NCBI GenBank assembly: GCA_050249955.1
Contig: JBFWPN010000004.1
Coordinates: forward strand, 224,850 to 288,849
DNA: 64,000 nt
Direction of reading: 5' to 3'
Origin: Vicinamibacterales bacterium
GTDB lineage: Bacteria > Acidobacteriota > Vicinamibacteria > Vicinamibacterales > CAVVIG01
Each line of letters opens with the position of its first letter. Within the stretch, counting starts at the first letter, position 1. A program made the translations under genes and the position numbers. This document shows, piece after piece, positions 54,860-63,798 of this stretch. Under the pieces are notes generated by a model that did no database searches, was not told the DNA's origin, and saw nothing but the letters and a program-made list of their open reading frames with translations.

Positions 54860-54925
54860 TCGCCGGTTCGGGGCGACGGGCTGGGATGGTTCCAGGTGAC
54901 GTGGAGACCCCGGGAGGATCGTGGA

Positions 54926-57900
54926 ATGAGGATTGGCTCCATCAAGAAGGCCCTGTTCATGGCGCTGGCTGCCATCAGCCTGCTGCCCATGGCGGCCCAC
55001 GCCCAGAGCGTGTTCACGGGTGTGGTGAAGGATACGTCGGGCGCCGTGCTGCCCGGTGTGACGGTCGAAGCGGCCAGCGACGCACTCATCGAAAAGACGC
55101 GTTCGGTCATCACCGACGCGGATGGCGGTTACCGCCTGGTCGACCTGCGGCCCGGCACCTACTCGTTGACGTTCTCGCTCGAGGGCTTCTCGACGGTCCG
55201 TCGTGAAGGGATCGCGCTGTCGTCCGACTTCACGATGACCATCAACACCGAGATGAAGGTTGGCGCGCTCGAAGAGACGCTGACGGTCACCGGTGCGGCG
55301 CCGACGGTCGACGTGCAGAGCACGACGAAGTCGCAGGTGCTGAACCGCGAGGCGCTGGACGCGATCCCCACGGGCCGCACCATCCAGGGCATGGGCCAGC
55401 TCATCACGGGCATCTCGCTGAACGCGCCGGACGTTGGCGGTTCGAAGGCGATGCAGCAGACCTACATGTCCGGTCACGGCATGGGCGCGTCGCAGACGAC
55501 GGTGCAGGTGGACGGCCTCCTGGTCAACGGCCTCGACGTCGACGGCGCCGTGCAGAACTACTTCAACAGCTCGATGTCGCAGGAAATGGTCTACACGACG
55601 TCGGGCGCGGGCGCGGATGCGGCCGGCGGCGGCGTGCGCCTGAACATGATCCCGCGCGACGGCGGCAACCTCCTCAGCGGCAGCCTCTTCACGGGCTTCC
55701 AGAACGAGTCGTTCCAGGCGGACAACATCACCGACGCCCTGCGCGCGCGTAACGTCCGCACGGCGGACGGCATCGGCAAGCTGTTCAACATCGAAGGCGC
55801 AATCGGCGGCCCGATCAAGAAGGACAAGGTCTGGTACTTCGCCTCGGCCCGCAACTTCATCCTCGACACCCTGCCGGCCAACACGTTCTACGGTCAGGCC
55901 GGCACGGGCTCGAACTTCGTCGCTCCGACGCCGACCTCCGAGAAGGCGGTCGACCCGCAGAGCATCCGCTCGGTGCAGGCCCGCATCGTCTGGCAGATGT
56001 CGCAGAAGAACAAGCTGGCCGTCTACAACGACCGCCTGCTGAAGAACCGCGGCTCCGCCATGACCGCCGGCTTCGACCCGCGTACGGCCGGTATCGTCTG
56101 GAACTCGCCGATCTACACGACCGGCTCGATCAAGTTCACCTCGACCCTGTCGAACACGCTGTTCTTCGAGACCGGCTTCTCGACGAACTTCGAGCGCTAC
56201 AACACGATGTACCAGGAGGGGCTCTTCAAAGAGCGCGGCACGCCGGAGTGGTACACGGTGATCAACCGCACCGACACCGCGCGCGGCACCGCGTGGGGCA
56301 ACGGCGCCGGCTTCAACGGGATGTACCCGGACCGCCTGGCGGTGAGCGCGTCGCTCTCCTACGTGACCGGCTCGCACAACGTGAAGGTAGGCATCCAGGA
56401 CAACTGGGGCAGCTACCGCAACACGCGTCTGGCGAACGGCGACCTCCGGGCACAGTTCAACAACGGCGTGCCGTTCCAGGTGACGATCCTGAACACGCCG
56501 GTGGACTACACCGACAAGCTGAAGGCCGACTTCGGCATCTTCGGGCAGGACTCGTGGACGCTGAAGCGCCTCACGATCAACTACGGCGCCCGCTGGGAGA
56601 TCTTCGCGCACGGCATTCCGGAGGAAACCTCGCCCGCCGGTCGCTTCGTCGGCGCCCGCACGTTCGGCCCGATCGACATGCCGACCTGGAAGAGCATCGC
56701 GCCGCGCGCGGGTATCGTGTACGACCTGTTCGGCAACCAGAAGACTGCCCTCAAGGCGAGCTTCGGCAAGTACATGCAGGCCGGCACGGTGGGCTTCTCG
56801 CAGTCGCAGAACCCGCTGCTGCTCACCACGCAGAACGTCGCGTGGAACGACCTGAACGGCGACGGCAACCCGCAGGGTGAGCTCGGCTGCGTGTACCTGA
56901 CACCCGGCTGTGAAATCAACGTGGCCGGCAACGCGACGACGGCCCGGCAGCTGCCGGCGAACTTCGGCGTTGTCCGGCCGATCGAGTACGCGTCGGACAT
57001 CAAGCGCATGTACAACGTCGAGATGTCGGGCAGCATCCAGCACGAGATCGTCAGCGGCGTGTCGGTGACCGCCGGCTGGTACCGTCGTGAGTTCTTCAAC
57101 CTGCGCCGCCGCTTCAACACCGGCGTCGGGCTGAACGACTTCACGCCGTTCACGCTCTACAGCCCGATCGACGGCTCGCCGATCACCTACTACAACATCA
57201 GCTCGGCGAAGGTGTCACAGATTGCCACGAACCTCGTGGACCAGAACGCGCCCGACCGCACGATGAAGTACAACGGCTTCGAGTACAACTTCAGCGCGCG
57301 GCTCGGCAAGGGCATCACCCTCTTCGGTGGTGGCATGACCGAGCGCATGCTGACCAACACCTGCGACGACGGCTGGAACCCGAACCTGCTCCTGTACTGC
57401 GATCAGTCGCAGACCGGCGTGCCGTTCCGGACCCAGTTCAAGATCGCGGGTTCGGTGCCGCTGAAGTACGGCATCAACGTTGGCGTGGCGTTCCAGAGCC
57501 TGCCGGGCTATGTCTACGGCACGACTGCCCAGTACGCCCTCACCGGCGTCTCGGGCCCGTCGGGCATCACGACGAACAACCCGCCGGCCGGGCAGGGTTC
57601 GGTGTGGCTCATCACCCGTACGACCACCTACAACGCCAGCAGCCCCTGCGTTGCGCAGGGCAAGTGCACGGCGGGCCAGGTGGTGAACCCGGGCCAGACG
57701 CAGGCCTCGCTGAGCGTGCCGCTCGTGGCTCCGATGACGGAGTACGGCGACCGCATCAACCAGCTCGACATCAACTTCACGAAGAACATCAAGATCGGCC
57801 GCTTCAACATCCAGCCGAAGCTCGACATGTTCAACGTGCTGAACGTCGCGTCGGTGACCAACGTGCTCGGCCTGAACTACGGCACGTCGGCCTACTACAC

Positions 57901-57958
57901 GCCGTCGGTCATCCTGAACCCGCGCACGTTCCAGATCGGCGCGAACGTCCGCTTCTAG
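54926..57958 (+). CDS. TonB-dependent receptor with N-terminal carboxypeptidase-regulatory-like domain, paralog 1
   Basis: ORF trimmed to ATG 54926 (RBS GGGAGGA). Signal peptide ...AAHAQS. 'GVVKDTSGAVLPGVTVEA....TDADGGYRLVDLRPGTYSLTF'. Ends in ...GANVRF. Confidence 0.9.
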   Translation: MRIGSIKKALFMALAAISLLPMAAHAQSVFTGVVKDTSGAVLPGVTVEAASDALIEKTRSVITDADGGYRLVDLRPGTYSLTFSLEGFSTVRREGIALSSDFTMTINTEMKVGALEETLTVTGAAPTVDVQSTTKSQVLNREALDAIPTGRTIQGMGQLITGISLNAPDVGGSKAMQQTYMSGHGMGASQTTVQVDGLLVNGLDVDGAVQNYFNSSMSQEMVYTTSGAGADAAGGGVRLNMIPRDGGNLLSGSLFTGFQNESFQADNITDALRARNVRTADGIGKLFNIEGAIGGPIKKDKVWYFASARNFILDTLPANTFYGQAGTGSNFVAPTPTSEKAVDPQSIRSVQARIVWQMSQKNKLAVYNDRLLKNRGSAMTAGFDPRTAGIVWNSPIYTTGSIKFTSTLSNTLFFETGFSTNFERYNTMYQEGLFKERGTPEWYTVINRTDTARGTAWGNGAGFNGMYPDRLAVSASLSYVTGSHNVKVGIQDNWGSYRNTRLANGDLRAQFNNGVPFQVTILNTPVDYTDKLKADFGIFGQDSWTLKRLTINYGARWEIFAHGIPEETSPAGRFVGARTFGPIDMPTWKSIAPRAGIVYDLFGNQKTALKASFGKYMQAGTVGFSQSQNPLLLTTQNVAWNDLNGDGNPQGELGCVYLTPGCEINVAGNATTARQLPANFGVVRPIEYASDIKRMYNVEMSGSIQHEIVSGVSVTAGWYRREFFNLRRRFNTGVGLNDFTPFTLYSPIDGSPITYYNISSAKVSQIATNLVDQNAPDRTMKYNGFEYNFSARLGKGITLFGGGMTERMLTNTCDDGWNPNLLLYCDQSQTGVPFRTQFKIAGSVPLKYGINVGVAFQSLPGYVYGTTAQYALTGVSGPSGITTNNPPAGQGSVWLITRTTTYNASSPCVAQGKCTAGQVVNPGQTQASLSVPLVAPMTEYGDRINQLDINFTKNIKIGRFNIQPKLDMFNVLNVASVTNVLGLNYGTSAYYTPSVILNPRTFQIGANVRF

Positions 57959-57967
57959 CGTTCCGAA

Positions 57968-57995
57968 GTTAGAACTGAGAACTTAGAAGTTAGAA
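57968..57995 (+). repeat. four tandem heptamers (GTTAGAA CTGAGAA CTTAGAA GTTAGAA)
   Basis: Read directly, between the stop codon (57956..57958) and the terminator hairpin. Confidence 0.6.
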
Positions 57996-57998
57996 CTG

Positions 57999-58039
57999 GG
58001 GGCGGCTCCTCGAAAGAGGGGCCGCCCCTTTGTCTTTTT
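57999..58039 (+). terminator. intrinsic terminator of receptor 1
   Basis: 13-bp stem GGGGCGGCTCCTC-GAAA-GAGGGGCCGCCCC followed by TTTGTCTTTTT. Confidence 0.75.
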
Positions 58040-58215
58040 GCCACGACTCCTGCAAATACCTGGGCTGTAACTCCCCCGGAGGCCCGAGGTGCATCTACCC
58101 CCTTTACGCTAGAAATGCCCTGATCTCTCCAAGTGATTGGAGTGCCAAGCACAACCGTCAACTTTTTCCGAGGCCGGAACGGGGTGTCGGCCGAAACGCC
58201 GGTGCATACTGACGC

Positions 58216-58246
58216 GCTGCCTCGAGATGTCGCCTCAGAGGCCAGC
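58216..58246 (+). promoter_or_regulatory. leader hairpin upstream of TonB-dependent receptor 2
   Basis: GCTGCCTC-(14 nt)-GAGGC-c-CAGC. Counterpart of 54823..54859. Confidence 0.3.
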
Positions 58247-58289
58247 TCATGTAATTGGTGTGCAAAGCGTTGCTATGGAGGAGTGTGTA

Positions 58290-61200
58290 ATGAGGATTGG
58301 CTCCATCAGGAAGGCCCTGGTCATGGCGCTGGCTGCCATCAGCCTGCTGCCCATGGCGGCCTACGCCCAGAGTGCGTTCACGGGCGTGGTGAAGGACACG
58401 TCGGGCGCCGTGCTGCCCGGCGTCACGGTTGAAGTTGCCAGCGATGCGCTGATCGAGAAGACACGCTCGGTGGTCACCGATGCGGACGGCGGGTATCGAG
58501 TGGTCGACCTGCGGCCCGGCACGTACACGTTGACGTACTCACTCGAGGGCTTCTCGACTGTGAAGCGCGACGCCGTCCAGCTGCCGTCCGACTTCACGAT
58601 GACCATCAACACCGAGATGAGGGTTGGCGCGCTCGAAGAGACGCTGACGGTCACCGGTGCGGCGCCAACGGTCGACGTGCAGAGCACGACGAAGTCGCAG
58701 GTGCTGAACCGCGAGGCGCTGGACGCGATCCCCACGGGCCGCACCATCCAGGGCATGGGCCAGCTCATCACGGGTGTCTCGCTCAATGCGCCAGACGTCG
58801 GCGGCAGCCGCGCCATGCAGCAGACCTACATGTCTGCCCACGGCGCGGGCGCCTCGCAGACGACGGTGCAGGTGGACGGCCTCCTGGTCAACGGCCTCGA
58901 CGTCGACGGCGCGGTGCAGAACTACTTCAACAGCTCGATGTCGCAGGAAATGGTCTACACCACCTCGGGCGCAGGCGCCGACGTGGCGGGCGGCGGTGTC
59001 CGCCTGAACATGATTCCGCGTGACGGCGGCAACCAGGTCAGCGGCAGCCTGTTCCTCGGCTACCAGAATGAGTCGTTCCAGGCGGACAACATCACTGACG
59101 ACCTGATCGCCCGCGGCGTCCGCACGGCGGACGGCATCGGCAAGCTGGCCAACGTCGAGGGAGCCATGGGTGGCCCGATCAAGAAGGACAAGGTCTGGTT
59201 CTTCGCCTCGGCCCGTAACTTCATCCTCGACACCCTGCCGGCCAACACGTTCTACGGCCAGGCCGGCACGGGCTCGAACTTCGTCGCCCCGACGCCGACC
59301 TCCGAGAAGGCGGTCGACCCGCAGAGCATCCGTTCGGTGCAGGCCCGCATCACCTGGCAGATGTCGCAGAAGAACAAGCTGGCTGTCTACAACGACCGCC
59401 TGCTGAAGAACCGCGGCTCGGCCATGACGGCCGGCTTCGATCCCGCCACCGCGGGCATCGTCTGGAACTCGCCGATCTACACGACCGGCTCGATCAAGTT
59501 CACCTCGACCCTGTCGAACACGCTGTTCCTCGAGACCGGCTTCTCGACGAACTTCGAGCGCTACAACACGATGTACCAGGAGGGGCTCTTCAAGGAGCGC
59601 GGTACGCCGGAGTGGTACTCCGTGATCAACCGCACCGACACCGCGCGCGGCACCGCGTGGGGCGCCGGCGCCGGCTACAACGGGATGTACCCCGATCGTC
59701 TTGCCCTGATGGCGGCCTTGTCCTACGTGACCGGCACGCACAACGTGAAGGTAGGCATCCAGGACAACTGGGGCAGCTACCGCAACACGCGTCTGGCGAA
59801 CGGTGACCTGCGGGCGCAGTTCAACAACGGCGTGCCGTTCCAGGTGACCATCCTGAACACGCCGGTGGACTACATGGACAAGCTGAAGGCCGACTTCGGC
59901 ATCTTCGCGCAGGACTCGTGGACGCTGAAGCGCCTGACGGTCAACTACGGCGCCCGCTGGGAACTCTTCGCGCACGGCATTCCGGAGGAAACCTCGCCGG
60001 CCGGCCGCTTCGTCGGCGCCCGCACGTTCGGCCCGATCGACATGCCGACCTGGAAGAGCATCGCGCCGCGCGCGGGCATCGTGTACGACCTGTTCGGCAA
60101 CCAGAAGACTGCCCTCAAGGCGAGCTTCGGCAAGTACATGCAGGCCGGCACGGTGGGCTTCTCGCAGTCGCAGAACCCGCTGCTGCTCACCACGCAGAAC
60201 GTCGCGTGGAACGACCTGAACGGCGACGGCAACCCGCAGGGTGAGCTCGGCTGCGTGTACCTGACACCCGGCTGTGAAATCAACGTGGCCGGCAACGCGA
60301 CGACGGCCCGGCAGCTGCCGGCGAACTTCGGCGTCGTGTCGCCGATCGAATATGCGTCGGACATCAAGCGCATGTACAACGTCGAGATGTCGGGCAGCAT
60401 CCAGCACGAGATCGTCAGCGGTGTGTCGGTGACCGCCGGCTGGTACCGTCGTGAATACTTCAACCTGCGCCGCCGCTTCAACACGGGGGTCACGGCCAGC
60501 GACTTCACGCCGTTCACGCTCTACAGCCCGATCGATGGCTCGCCGATCACCTACTACAACGTCAGCTCCGCGAAGGTGTCGCAGCTCAACACGAACCTCG
60601 TGGACCAGAACGCCCCCAACCGCACGATGAAGTACAACGGCTTCGAGTACAACTTCAGCGCGCGCCTCGGCAAGGGCATCACCCTCTTCGGCGGTGGCAT
60701 GAGCGAGCGCATGCTGACCAACACCTGCGACAACGAATGGAATCCGAACCTGCAGCTCTACTGCGACCAGTCGCAGAGCGGCCTGCCGTTCCGGACCCAG
60801 TTCAAGATCGCGGGTTCGGTGCCGCTGAAGTACGGCATCAACTTCGGCGTGGCGTTCCAGAGCCTGCCGGGCTACGTCTACGGCACGACTGCCCAGTACG
60901 CCCTCACCGGCGTCTCGGGCCCGTCGGGCATCACGACGAACAACCCGCCGGCCGGGCAGGGTTCGGTGTGGCTCGTCACCCGCACTACGCGCTACACGGC
61001 GGACATGCCGTGTGCGGCGCAGGGCAAGTGCACGGCCGGCGCACTGGTCAACCCGGCCCAGACCCAGGCGTCGCTGAACGTGCCGCTCGTGGCTCCGATG
61101 ACCGAGTTCGGCGACCGCATCAACCAGCTCGACTTCAACGTGACGAAGAACATCAAGATCGGCCGCTTCAACATCCAGCCGAAGCTCGACATCTTCAACG

Positions 61201-61322
61201 TCCTGAACGTCGCGTCGGTGACCAGCGTGCAGGGGCTGAACTTCGGCACGGCGGCCTACATGCGGCCGTCCGTGATCCTGAACCCGCGCACGATCCAGAT
61301 CGGCGCGAACGTCCGCTTCTAG
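58290..61322 (+). CDS. TonB-dependent receptor with N-terminal carboxypeptidase-regulatory-like domain, paralog 2
   Basis: ORF trimmed to ATG 58290 (RBS GGAGGAG). 1010 aa, the same length as paralog 1 and colinear with it, with very long identical runs. Confidence 0.9.
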   Translation: MRIGSIRKALVMALAAISLLPMAAYAQSAFTGVVKDTSGAVLPGVTVEVASDALIEKTRSVVTDADGGYRVVDLRPGTYTLTYSLEGFSTVKRDAVQLPSDFTMTINTEMRVGALEETLTVTGAAPTVDVQSTTKSQVLNREALDAIPTGRTIQGMGQLITGVSLNAPDVGGSRAMQQTYMSAHGAGASQTTVQVDGLLVNGLDVDGAVQNYFNSSMSQEMVYTTSGAGADVAGGGVRLNMIPRDGGNQVSGSLFLGYQNESFQADNITDDLIARGVRTADGIGKLANVEGAMGGPIKKDKVWFFASARNFILDTLPANTFYGQAGTGSNFVAPTPTSEKAVDPQSIRSVQARITWQMSQKNKLAVYNDRLLKNRGSAMTAGFDPATAGIVWNSPIYTTGSIKFTSTLSNTLFLETGFSTNFERYNTMYQEGLFKERGTPEWYSVINRTDTARGTAWGAGAGYNGMYPDRLALMAALSYVTGTHNVKVGIQDNWGSYRNTRLANGDLRAQFNNGVPFQVTILNTPVDYMDKLKADFGIFAQDSWTLKRLTVNYGARWELFAHGIPEETSPAGRFVGARTFGPIDMPTWKSIAPRAGIVYDLFGNQKTALKASFGKYMQAGTVGFSQSQNPLLLTTQNVAWNDLNGDGNPQGELGCVYLTPGCEINVAGNATTARQLPANFGVVSPIEYASDIKRMYNVEMSGSIQHEIVSGVSVTAGWYRREYFNLRRRFNTGVTASDFTPFTLYSPIDGSPITYYNVSSAKVSQLNTNLVDQNAPNRTMKYNGFEYNFSARLGKGITLFGGGMSERMLTNTCDNEWNPNLQLYCDQSQSGLPFRTQFKIAGSVPLKYGINFGVAFQSLPGYVYGTTAQYALTGVSGPSGITTNNPPAGQGSVWLVTRTTRYTADMPCAAQGKCTAGALVNPAQTQASLNVPLVAPMTEFGDRINQLDFNVTKNIKIGRFNIQPKLDIFNVLNVASVTSVQGLNFGTAAYMRPSVILNPRTIQIGANVRF

Positions 61323-61331
61323 CGTTCCGAA

Positions 61332-61366
61332 GTTAGAACTGAGAAGTTAGAAGTTAGCAGTGAGAA
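61332..61366 (+). repeat. five tandem heptamers (GTTAGAA CTGAGAA GTTAGAA GTTAGCA GTGAGAA)
   Basis: Read directly, between the stop codon and the terminator hairpin. It has one more unit than the copy after paralog 1. Confidence 0.6.
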
Positions 61367-61369
61367 CTG

Positions 61370-61410
61370 GGGGCGGTCCCTCGCACGAGGGGCCGCCCCT
61401 TTTTCGTTCT
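61370..61410 (+). terminator. intrinsic terminator of receptor 2
   Basis: 13-bp stem GGGGCGGTCCCTC-GCAC-GAGGGGCCGCCCC followed by TTTTTCGTTCT. Confidence 0.75.
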
Positions 61411-61411
61411 A

Positions 61412-61664
61412 GGTTCTAAGTTGCCTGATACGGCTGACCTGCATGGAGGGCGGAGCCGTGCTACTCTGTCATCACCGTCGCAGGCGCAGGGCGTCGCGGC
61501 GCAAACAATAGGCTCATCAGCGACCCCAGCCTCCCATTCCGGGGGCACCCAAAATTGGTCGCGGCCGGGAGGTGCATGCATGGCAGACACCACCGGGAGC
61601 AGTCGATAGACGCTCCCAACTGAGTGGGAGAGGCCGGTGGGAAACCACCGGCCTTTCTTTTTTG
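61412..61664 (+). ncRNA. candidate structured RNA or cis-regulatory leader (class not identified)
   Basis: About 250 nt with no convincing ORF and lower GC than the flanks. Contains local hairpins (GGGAGC-11 nt-GCTCCC at 61595..61617) and ends in a strong terminator. The 5' end is unknown. Confidence 0.3.
61631..61664 (+). terminator. intrinsic terminator (or attenuator) upstream of 61719..61979
   Basis: Perfect 10-bp stem AGGCCGGTGG-GAAA-CCACCGGCCT followed by TTCTTTTTTG. Confidence 0.7.
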
Positions 61665-61718
61665 TGCCGGCCTTCCTTTTGCGTAGCTCGCGCCATCGCA
61701 TCTTGCTGGGAGCCGCGC

Positions 61719-61979
61719 ATGACAGACATCCGATTCCAGAGTTTCGAGGACGGGGAACTCGCCGACATCTGGTACGCCCTTGGGGGAGCGGCCGTCCGCC
61801 ATCCGGAACACTTCAAGCCGCTGATGGACTCGGTGGCCACCGAACTGCTCGATCGTCGCGGGGTGGGCCTGAATCCGTGGCTCGAGGAACGCTATCGCCC
61901 GTTCCGCTTCGCGGACTCGCGCGAGGATGCCGAGGCCAACCGGCAGGTCTCACCCGAATCGCCCCACGGCAGCCGATAG
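61719..61979 (+). CDS. small hypothetical protein (86 aa)
   Basis: ATG 61719 within ORF 61572..61979. Acidic, soluble-looking sequence (MTDIRFQSFEDGELADIWYALGG...). No family recognised. Confidence 0.5.
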   Translation: MTDIRFQSFEDGELADIWYALGGAAVRHPEHFKPLMDSVATELLDRRGVGLNPWLEERYRPFRFADSREDAEANRQVSPESPHGSR

Positions 61980-62032
61980 GCGGCGCCGAGCGCCCCGACC
62001 GGCCGCTGGTAGGGCTGTGAGACAATCGCGAC

Positions 62033-62605
62033 ATGACGCGATTTGCGACACTGATGGTCGCTGCTGCGCTCGGGACGACCGCCTGCGGCGGCGATCAGCC
62101 CGCGGATGCCCCGGGCGAGCGCCCACGCATGGTCGAGCAGACTGTGCCAGGCACCGTGACCAGGGGCGACTCGTCGACCGACCTGAGCGCCACCCCCCTG
62201 AGCGCAGCCGACTACCAGATGTATGCGGCGATTATGGGCGGCGCCTCGGCGCTCCTGAGCACGCTGTCGCCGGCCGACACGGAAGCGCTCGAGTTCGCGA
62301 AGCAGGTGGACAGCGGCGCGAAGACGGTTACCCCCGCGACCGAGGCGCTGCTCGCCCGCGCCCGCGCCCTGCAGGCGCGCGACGTGGAACTCGCACGGAT
62401 GCAGGGCATCGAGTCGCGGTACCTGGAGGTGAAGGAAAAGGTCGAGGCGGTGATTGGGCCGAAAGCCGCGCCGCCCGCCGACGCGCTCGCCCGCGAGAAC
62501 CTGCGCTACCTGGAAGCGCACCGGACCACCATCGAGCGGCTGCAGAAGATCCTGGCCGATCCGCTCTCGCGGCCGCCCGGGCCGACGTCCCTGCCGGTGG
62601 AGTAG
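62033..62605 (+). CDS. lipoprotein of unknown function
   Basis: Lipobox 'ALGTTAC'. Ala/Glu-rich helical sequence. Confidence 0.7.
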   Translation: MTRFATLMVAAALGTTACGGDQPADAPGERPRMVEQTVPGTVTRGDSSTDLSATPLSAADYQMYAAIMGGASALLSTLSPADTEALEFAKQVDSGAKTVTPATEALLARARALQARDVELARMQGIESRYLEVKEKVEAVIGPKAAPPADALARENLRYLEAHRTTIERLQKILADPLSRPPGPTSLPVE

Positions 62606-62609
62606 GACC

Positions 62610-63032
62610 GTGGACCCGCTCGACCTCTCTCGCTGGGGCATCGACGACCGCCACCTGGACGAACGCTTCGTGCGTGCCTCAGGGCCAGGCGGACAGAACG
62701 TGAACAAGGTGTCCACGGCGGTCGAGCTCCGGCTGGACCTCGACGCGATTGAGCTGCCGCCGGACATGCGCGAGCGGCTCATCGCCATGGCCGGGAACCG
62801 GATGGTGGGCGAACGTACGCTGCTGATCGACAGCCGCGAGCACCGCACCCAGGCACAGAACCGGGAGGCGGCCCGCGCCCGGCTCTTCGCCCTGCTGCTG
62901 GCCGCATCGAAGCGTCCGCGCGCCCGCCGGAAGACCAGGCCGAGCGCTGCCTCGAAGGAACGGCGCATCGAGACCAAGAAGGTGCGCAGCCGCGTCAAGG
63001 CCACCCGCCGGCGCTCATCGTCCGACGACTGA
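62610..63032 (+). CDS. arfB: alternative ribosome-rescue factor ArfB (peptidyl-tRNA hydrolase, GGQ)
   Basis: GTG 62610 within ORF 62454..63032. 'RASGPGGQNVNKVSTAVELR' GGQ domain plus a basic C-terminal tail. Confidence 0.85.
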   Translation: MDPLDLSRWGIDDRHLDERFVRASGPGGQNVNKVSTAVELRLDLDAIELPPDMRERLIAMAGNRMVGERTLLIDSREHRTQAQNREAARARLFALLLAASKRPRARRKTRPSAASKERRIETKKVRSRVKATRRRSSSDD

Positions 63033-63246
63033 ACCGCTTCTGTTCAGACCTGCTTCGCGGACCCTGGCACAGGGGAACCGCTTCCGCTTGCCGCCTCACG
63101 CACACGTCATTGGACCGGCGGTCGGCCCCCCAGCCCATCGGTGCCACCCGCCGACCCCGCCCGATCGCGTCCGTGGCAATCAGCCGGGCTGGTCGGCGGA
63201 CGTGCTATAAAAATTCCGTTCGTTCATATCCGGGGAGAATCAGAGC

Positions 63247-63789
63247 GTGCATCGTTCGTACACCACCTTCGCCGCGGCGTTGGCCGCGCTGCTGCTGTCC
63301 ACCACACTGGCCGCACAGAAGACCACGCCGCTGAAGACCGGCTCCGGCGGTAGCCCGCACGTCCGCACCGAGTGGACGATCGATGGGGCGGCCATCTCCA
63401 TCGAGTACGGTCGACCGGCCCTGAAGGGACGGGCGGAGGCGGCGCTGATGCCGCCCGGGCAGATCTGGCGTACGGGCGCCGATGAGCAGACCACGCTGAA
63501 GACCGACAGGCCGCTCCGCTTCGGCACACTGGTCGTCCCGCCCGGCACCTACGGCATCCACACGGTCCCGGGCGGGGCCGAGTGGCAGCTGATCATCAGC
63601 AAGCGGGCGAGTGGGTGGGGCATCCCGTATCCGGCCGGGCAGGATCTGGGACGCACGGTGATGAAGGTGGCGCGGACGAAGGCGCCGGTCGAGTCGCTGA
63701 CTTTCCACATCGACGACACTCCGACCGGCGCCACGCTGCGCCTCGAGTGGGGCACGCGCTCGGTGACAGCCCCGTTCACCGTCGGCTGA
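63247..63789 (+). CDS. DUF2911-like secreted protein
   Basis: GTG start with a signal peptide. 'IWRTGADEQTTLKTD' and 'PGTYGIH' blocks resemble DUF2911. Confidence 0.7.
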   Translation: MHRSYTTFAAALAALLLSTTLAAQKTTPLKTGSGGSPHVRTEWTIDGAAISIEYGRPALKGRAEAALMPPGQIWRTGADEQTTLKTDRPLRFGTLVVPPGTYGIHTVPGGAEWQLIISKRASGWGIPYPAGQDLGRTVMKVARTKAPVESLTFHIDDTPTGATLRLEWGTRSVTAPFTVG

Positions 63790-63798
63790 GGCGCGAGG

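Noticed and set aside
54635-54925. Cobalamin or other riboswitch upstream of the TonB-dependent receptors (also 58041..58289)
   Set aside because: I could not find a B12-box-like element or other riboswitch core motifs by eye. Only a simple conserved hairpin is shared, and it is reported separately at low interest. A cmscan would be decisive.
54656-57043. 795-aa minus-strand ORF, and its twin at 58539..60407
   Set aside because: Both are antisense to the two TonB-dependent receptor genes. They are duplicated only because the receptors are duplicated, and they contain no motifs.
57968-61366. Possible CRISPR array suggested by the short repeated GTTAGAA-type units
   Set aside because: The units are 7 nt, contiguous and lack spacers. 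There are no cas genes. They are microsatellite-like arrays, not CRISPR.
61421-61609. 62-aa plus-strand ORF inside the candidate RNA region
   Set aside because: No Shine-Dalgarno, a Ser/Gly/Thr-rich featureless translation, and weaker third-position GC bias than the surrounding genes.
61892-63004. 370-aa minus-strand ORF
   Set aside because: It is antisense to the lipoprotein gene and arfB. The latter has a definitive GGQ motif.
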